Source: Candidatus Saccharimonadales bacterium (lineage in GTDB: Bacteria > Patescibacteriota > Saccharimonadia > Saccharimonadales > JACDBH01). From it: a stretch of 24,000 bases of DNA. Shown here in pieces: positions 20,556-24,000 of this stretch. The number at the start of each line of letters is the position of its first letter. The first letter of the stretch is position 1. The notes under the pieces are model-generated. The model was not told the origin of the DNA and ran no database searches. It saw only the letters and a program-made list of their open reading frames with translations. Position numbers and translations under genes: made by a program. The stretch is taken from positions 3,425 through 27,424 of the forward strand of contig JBATRZ010000058.1 in the NCBI GenBank assembly GCA_049292975.1, read 5' to 3'.

Positions 20556-20843
20556 ATGAGGCCGTCACTTAATGAACCGGTGAGCGTGGTCTGGTACTAC
20601 AACGCCCGGACCCGGCACATGCAGCCCTACATGCTGACCTGGAACAACCAGGATTACCGCCTGGGCAAGATAGACTTCTGGCATAAGACCTGGGCCGGCA
20701 AGCACCAAGTCCATCACTTTTCCATCGCCGGCAAAGACGGTAACGCGTATTTTAAGCTTGCTCTCAACACGGATACGCTTAACTGGACGCTAGAGGAGTA
20801 CATGAGCAGTCATGACGCCTCAATAACATACGGAAGGAGTTAA
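20556..20843 (+). CDS. small protein P2 of unrecognised family, paralogue of P1
   Basis: 95 aa with GGAG 6 nt upstream of the ATG. Confidence 0.75.
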   Translation: MRPSLNEPVSVVWYYNARTRHMQPYMLTWNNQDYRLGKIDFWHKTWAGKHQVHHFSIAGKDGNAYFKLALNTDTLNWTLEEYMSSHDASITYGRS

Positions 20844-20851
20844 TATATGAC

Positions 20852-20978
20852 AAATTTCACATGTACCAATTCATATTTCACAATAATTTCACGGTTTTCA
20901 TTTGTCAAACGCTTCCGGCCTCATTGTGAATTGATAAATGATAATTTAATGAAAAATGAAAACTGTAAAATGATAAAT
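20852..20978 (+). repeat. AT-rich TTCACA/TGTGAA element, copy B
   Basis: About 70% identical by eye to copy A over about 130 nt. The anchors ATTTCACAT and ATATTTCACAAT are 19 nt apart, exactly as in copy 1. Confidence 0.75.
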
Positions 20979-20998
20979 TCCTCTGAAAGGGGGCTGCT

Positions 20999-21169
20999 AT
21001 GAAAGACCGCAAGAAACGTAAGCAGCGCGAAGAAGTACGCAAGATCCTGCATACGATGCGGCTGGAGCTGGCCGCCCAGCGCCTGGCGCAAGAGAAAAGC
21101 CCGCGCCAAGACTCTACGCTGTATCTGCAGGATCTCATGAAACAGTCTGCCCAATCCCTGGCAGGTTGA
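20999..21169 (+). CDS. 56-aa basic, helical small protein P3 (MKDRKKRKQREEVRKILHTMRLELAAQRLAQEKSPRQDSTLYLQDLMKQSAQSLAG)
   Basis: It is not in the ORF track because it is under 60 aa. AGGGGG lies 5-6 nt before the ATG. Its TGA stop at 21167-21169 is 1 nt before the polymerase ATG. Confidence 0.55.
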   Translation: MKDRKKRKQREEVRKILHTMRLELAAQRLAQEKSPRQDSTLYLQDLMKQSAQSLAG

Positions 21170-21170
21170 T

Positions 21171-22733
21171 ATGGGGCTACGTGATTTACCCATAAATAAA
21201 GCCGAGGCAAGAGTTATGCACATTGATCTTAACTCGTGCTTTGCCATTATCGAGCAGCAGGCTAACCGCCTGCTGCGTGGCCGGCCGGTGGGTGTAGCCG
21301 CCTATGATACGCCGCGGGGCTTTGTGCTGGCTGCCAGCTACGAGGCCAAACGCATGGGAATAAAGCTCGGCGTCAATGTGCAAGAGGCCCGGGCTATGTG
21401 CCCGGGCATTGTCATCACCACCCCTGATCCTGCCAAGTACCGCGAGGCTCATGCGCGTTTCAAGGAGCTTATGTTGGAGTACACATCCGACGTCGCACCC
21501 AAGAGCATAGACGAGTTCGTGCTGGATCTGACGGGGTCGCCTATTCTACGTTCAGGCAAAAGCATGGAAGACATCGGCCTGGAAATCAAAGACGCCGTGC
21601 GCGAACGCTTAGGCGAGTGGGTAACGGTGAATACCGGTATCGGCCCCAACCGTTTCCTGGCCAAGTATGCCGCCGGATTTGATAAGCCCGATGGCATGAC
21701 ACGGATAGATTGGCGCAACCTGGAAAACTACTTCAGGTGCCGCACGCCTCAGACTTGTGCTAGTTTTGGTGCGCCAGCGAGGACTGCAAAGGAGACGTAT
21801 CCAAATACGGTAACTGCAGACCGGAGCGGACAAGCCAAGAATAGCCAAGAGGCCGGCAGAGTTTTAGGCAAACCCAAAAAGCCGGCTGGCCGGTGTGGGG
21901 TGTGCGGCGGAATGGATTTAACCGATCTGCCGGGAATAAATACCCGTTACAAGCGCCGTCTGCAGGCCTACGGCATCATGACGCCCCTGGACTTCCTGCG
22001 GGCAGACAGGCGGATTTTAGAAAAAGTCGTCTTTAAGTCCATCGTGGGCTACTACTGGTATCTGCGTTTGCGCGGATATGAGATTGATAAGTTTGAGACC
22101 AGGCGCAGTACCATCGGTCATCAATACGCCCTGCCTCATAAGACGTTTAACCGCGATGAACTGGCCAGGCTGCTTATGAAGCTGTGCGAAAAAGTCGGGC
22201 GCAGGCTGCGCAAAGCCGGCCTGACCGCCGGCGGTATCCACCTGTACCTGAGCTTCGTCAGCTATCAGGAGATGTCAGGCCCAAGAAACTCCGGATTTAT
22301 AGAGGCGCGGCCAGAGCCCTCGCACCAGGACGGCCAGTCTGCCGGCTTTGCCAGCGGGCAGGCTGGCCCGGTACAGAAACTCTGGTGGCATCAGGGCGAA
22401 AAACTAGGATACCGCCTATACAGTACCGAGAGTGTCTACCGTGCGGCTAGGAGCCTGCTTGGGCGGGCGGACATCCCATATAAGGTGCGCGGCATGAGTA
22501 TCACCACCTTCGACCTGGCCCCGGCAGATCCCGAGCAACTCAACCTATTCGACACTGTACAAGGTTCAACCTTGTACAGTCAGCGGAGTTTTAGGGCTGA
22601 GCGCCATATCTCGGATGCAGTGGACGAGATTAATAACAGATACGGCGAATTCGTCATCACCCCGGCCACCATGATGGATATGAACGGCGAAATCCTCGAC
22701 CGCATCGCTTTCGGCAATATGAGGGATGTATAA
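21171..22733 (+). CDS. Y-family (UmuC-like) translesion DNA polymerase carrying two insertions
   Basis: The motifs HIDLNSCFAIIE, SIDEFVLDLTG, GIGPNRFLAKYA and LPGINTRYKRRL are present, along with the clamp-type motif QLNLF and the C-terminal AVDEINNRYG. An alternative start is ATG 21216, which has GAGG 8 nt upstream. Confidence 0.9.
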   Translation: MGLRDLPINKAEARVMHIDLNSCFAIIEQQANRLLRGRPVGVAAYDTPRGFVLAASYEAKRMGIKLGVNVQEARAMCPGIVITTPDPAKYREAHARFKELMLEYTSDVAPKSIDEFVLDLTGSPILRSGKSMEDIGLEIKDAVRERLGEWVTVNTGIGPNRFLAKYAAGFDKPDGMTRIDWRNLENYFRCRTPQTCASFGAPARTAKETYPNTVTADRSGQAKNSQEAGRVLGKPKKPAGRCGVCGGMDLTDLPGINTRYKRRLQAYGIMTPLDFLRADRRILEKVVFKSIVGYYWYLRLRGYEIDKFETRRSTIGHQYALPHKTFNRDELARLLMKLCEKVGRRLRKAGLTAGGIHLYLSFVSYQEMSGPRNSGFIEARPEPSHQDGQSAGFASGQAGPVQKLWWHQGEKLGYRLYSTESVYRAARSLLGRADIPYKVRGMSITTFDLAPADPEQLNLFDTVQGSTLYSQRSFRAERHISDAVDEINNRYGEFVITPATMMDMNGEILDRIAFGNMRDV

Positions 22734-22822
22734 GTAAAATCCGTTGTGGTTCCCGATAATAAACCTAGCCTGGTATGAAAAGCGGGCGTAGAATAATGAA
22801 CAGTCTAAGTATTGGAGGGAGT

Positions 22823-24000
22823 ATGCTGCAGACCGCCCATGCGCTTATCAAGGGGGTTGGACGCGATCTTGGTTTGAACAACGAGCAAATAGAATCATTT
22901 TTGGCCACCGACCATGACCATGCCTTTGAAGTAAAGCTCAAAAACGGTAAAAAGTTCAGCGCCTACCGGGTGCAGCACAATAATCGCCTAGGACCTTACA
23001 AAGGCGGTATCCGCTATCATCCGGATGTAGACCTGGCTGAAGTCAAGGCGTTAGCTACCCTTATGAGCATCAAAACCGCAGCTGTTGGTCTGCCGCTGGG
23101 TGGCGGCAAGGGCGGCATATCTGTTGATCCGCGCACTCTGGACAACGGAGAGCTGGAGGAGTTATCACGCGAATACGTACGCCGGCTAGCTCCTCATATC
23201 GGACCGGACACGGATGTGCCGGCACCAGATGTTAGCACCACTGCTGAGATTATCGACTGGATGGTGGATGAATACGAAAAGCTGACTAGCGATAGCTCCA
23301 GGGCTTGCTTTACCGGCAAATCCCTAGCTAACGGCGGTTCTGAAGGGCGCGAAGCCGCTACTGGCCGCGGCGGTGTGATTGTACTTGACCGATTGCTTGA
23401 GCTACAGGAGCTATCAGGCCGGCCATTGACCTATGCGGTGCAGGGTTTTGGCAATGTCGGCTCGTTTTTTGGCATTGTCGCCGAAGCGGAACACCCCGGC
23501 TGGAAACTAATTGCTGCCACCGATTCAAGCGGTGGCATTATGGATCATGGCGGCCTAAGCGCTATTGAACTAGACCGTTTTAAGCGCCTGGGTAACAAGC
23601 TGGCTGACTTCCCGGCCCCTAAATTCATAAGCAACGAAGACTTAATCAACCTCAAGGTTGACGTGCTGGTGCTGGCGGCTTTGGGTGACGCCGTCACCAG
23701 CAAAAATGCCGATAAAGTCAAAGCCAAATACATCCTGGAGTTAGCCAATGGTCCGGTTAATGACCATGCCTACCGCTACTTGACCAAGCGGGGTGTCTTG
23801 GTGGTGCCGGATGTGTTGGCAAATGCTGGAGGCGTGATTGTGAGCTACCTGGAATGGTTGCAAAACCGGGCGCTCGAATCATGGCCAGAGGCCAGGGTCA
23901 ACCAAGAACTGGCGCGGTATTTGACTTCGGCAACCGATAATATTTTTAAGCAGTCAAGAAACCACGATGGTTCGCTCAAAGAAGCTGCCTGCGCGGTAGC
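22823..24000 (+). CDS. gdhA: Glu/Leu/Phe/Val-family (glutamate) dehydrogenase, 3' end outside the window
   Basis: I translated it by hand: YRVQHNNRLGPYKGGIRYHPDVDLAEVKALATLMSIKTAAVGLPLGGGKGGI...VQGFGNVGS...ANGP. It has no stop before 24000. GGAGGGAG lies upstream, and in-frame alternative ATGs are at 22775 and 22796. Confidence 0.9.
   Translation, partial: MLQTAHALIKGVGRDLGLNNEQIESFLATDHDHAFEVKLKNGKKFSAYRVQHNNRLGPYKGGIRYHPDVDLAEVKALATLMSIKTAAVGLPLGGGKGGISVDPRTLDNGELEELSREYVRRLAPHIGPDTDVPAPDVSTTAEIIDWMVDEYEKLTSDSSRACFTGKSLANGGSEGREAATGRGGVIVLDRLLELQELSGRPLTYAVQGFGNVGSFFGIVAEAEHPGWKLIAATDSSGGIMDHGGLSAIELDRFKRLGNKLADFPAPKFISNEDLINLKVDVLVLAALGDAVTSKNADKVKAKYILELANGPVNDHAYRYLTKRGVLVVPDVLANAGGVIVSYLEWLQNRALESWPEARVNQELARYLTSATDNIFKQSRNHDGSLKEAACAV

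Noticed and set aside
21735-21911. The polymerase insertion considered as an intein or a mobile intervening sequence.
   Set aside because: At 59 aa it is far too short for an intein. It lacks the terminal Cys/Ser...His-Asn-Cys/Ser/Thr splice motifs and is in frame with similar composition to its flanks.

Overview
The window reads as a small-genome bacterium with about 50% GC and the standard genetic code. I infer a Patescibacteria/CPR origin, Saccharibacteria-like, from gene content only; I could not test this.

The backbone is the conserved minus-strand secE-nusG-rplK-rplA-rplJ-rplL cluster, but it is broken up. Unrelated genes sit between almost every pair:
- a sigma-70 factor between nusG and rplK
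- a 110-aa hypothetical between rplK and rplA
- a dCTP deaminase plus a thymidylate kinase-ThyX fusion, and a small GC-richer islet (wHTH gene, 141-aa hypothetical, two tiny terminator-bounded transcription units), between rplA and rplJ

Each ribosomal gene has acquired its own near-consensus promoter, and two carry leader structures (an L1-stalk mimic before rplA and a long structured leader before rplJ).

The right half carries:
- a membrane GT2 glycosyltransferase
- a cytoplasmic PAS histidine kinase, a DUF45/YgjP-like metallohydrolase and a P-loop kinase
- tRNA-Trp(CCA), whose 3' end is duplicated 151 bp downstream
- a LysM-Rpf muralytic protein
- an FNR-like reductase plus a YdjM/DUF457-like membrane hydrolase
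- the start of a glutamate dehydrogenase

The most unusual locus is a plus-strand operon at 20087-22733. Two paralogous small proteins of unrecognised family and a 56-aa basic ORF precede a UmuC-type Y-family DNA polymerase that carries two insertions. No UmuD, YolD or ImuA partner is recognisable. The cistrons are separated by copies of an AT-rich TTCACA/TGTGAA repeat element; a third copy lies in the rplJ-rplL spacer.

Other unexplained structure:
- a tandem 36-bp hairpin repeat after rplA, with a relative at 204-233
- mirrored heptad arrays between secE and nusG
- several promoters that abut start codons, suggesting leaderless mRNAs

All calls rest on reading the sequence and the ORF translations. 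No searches were run.
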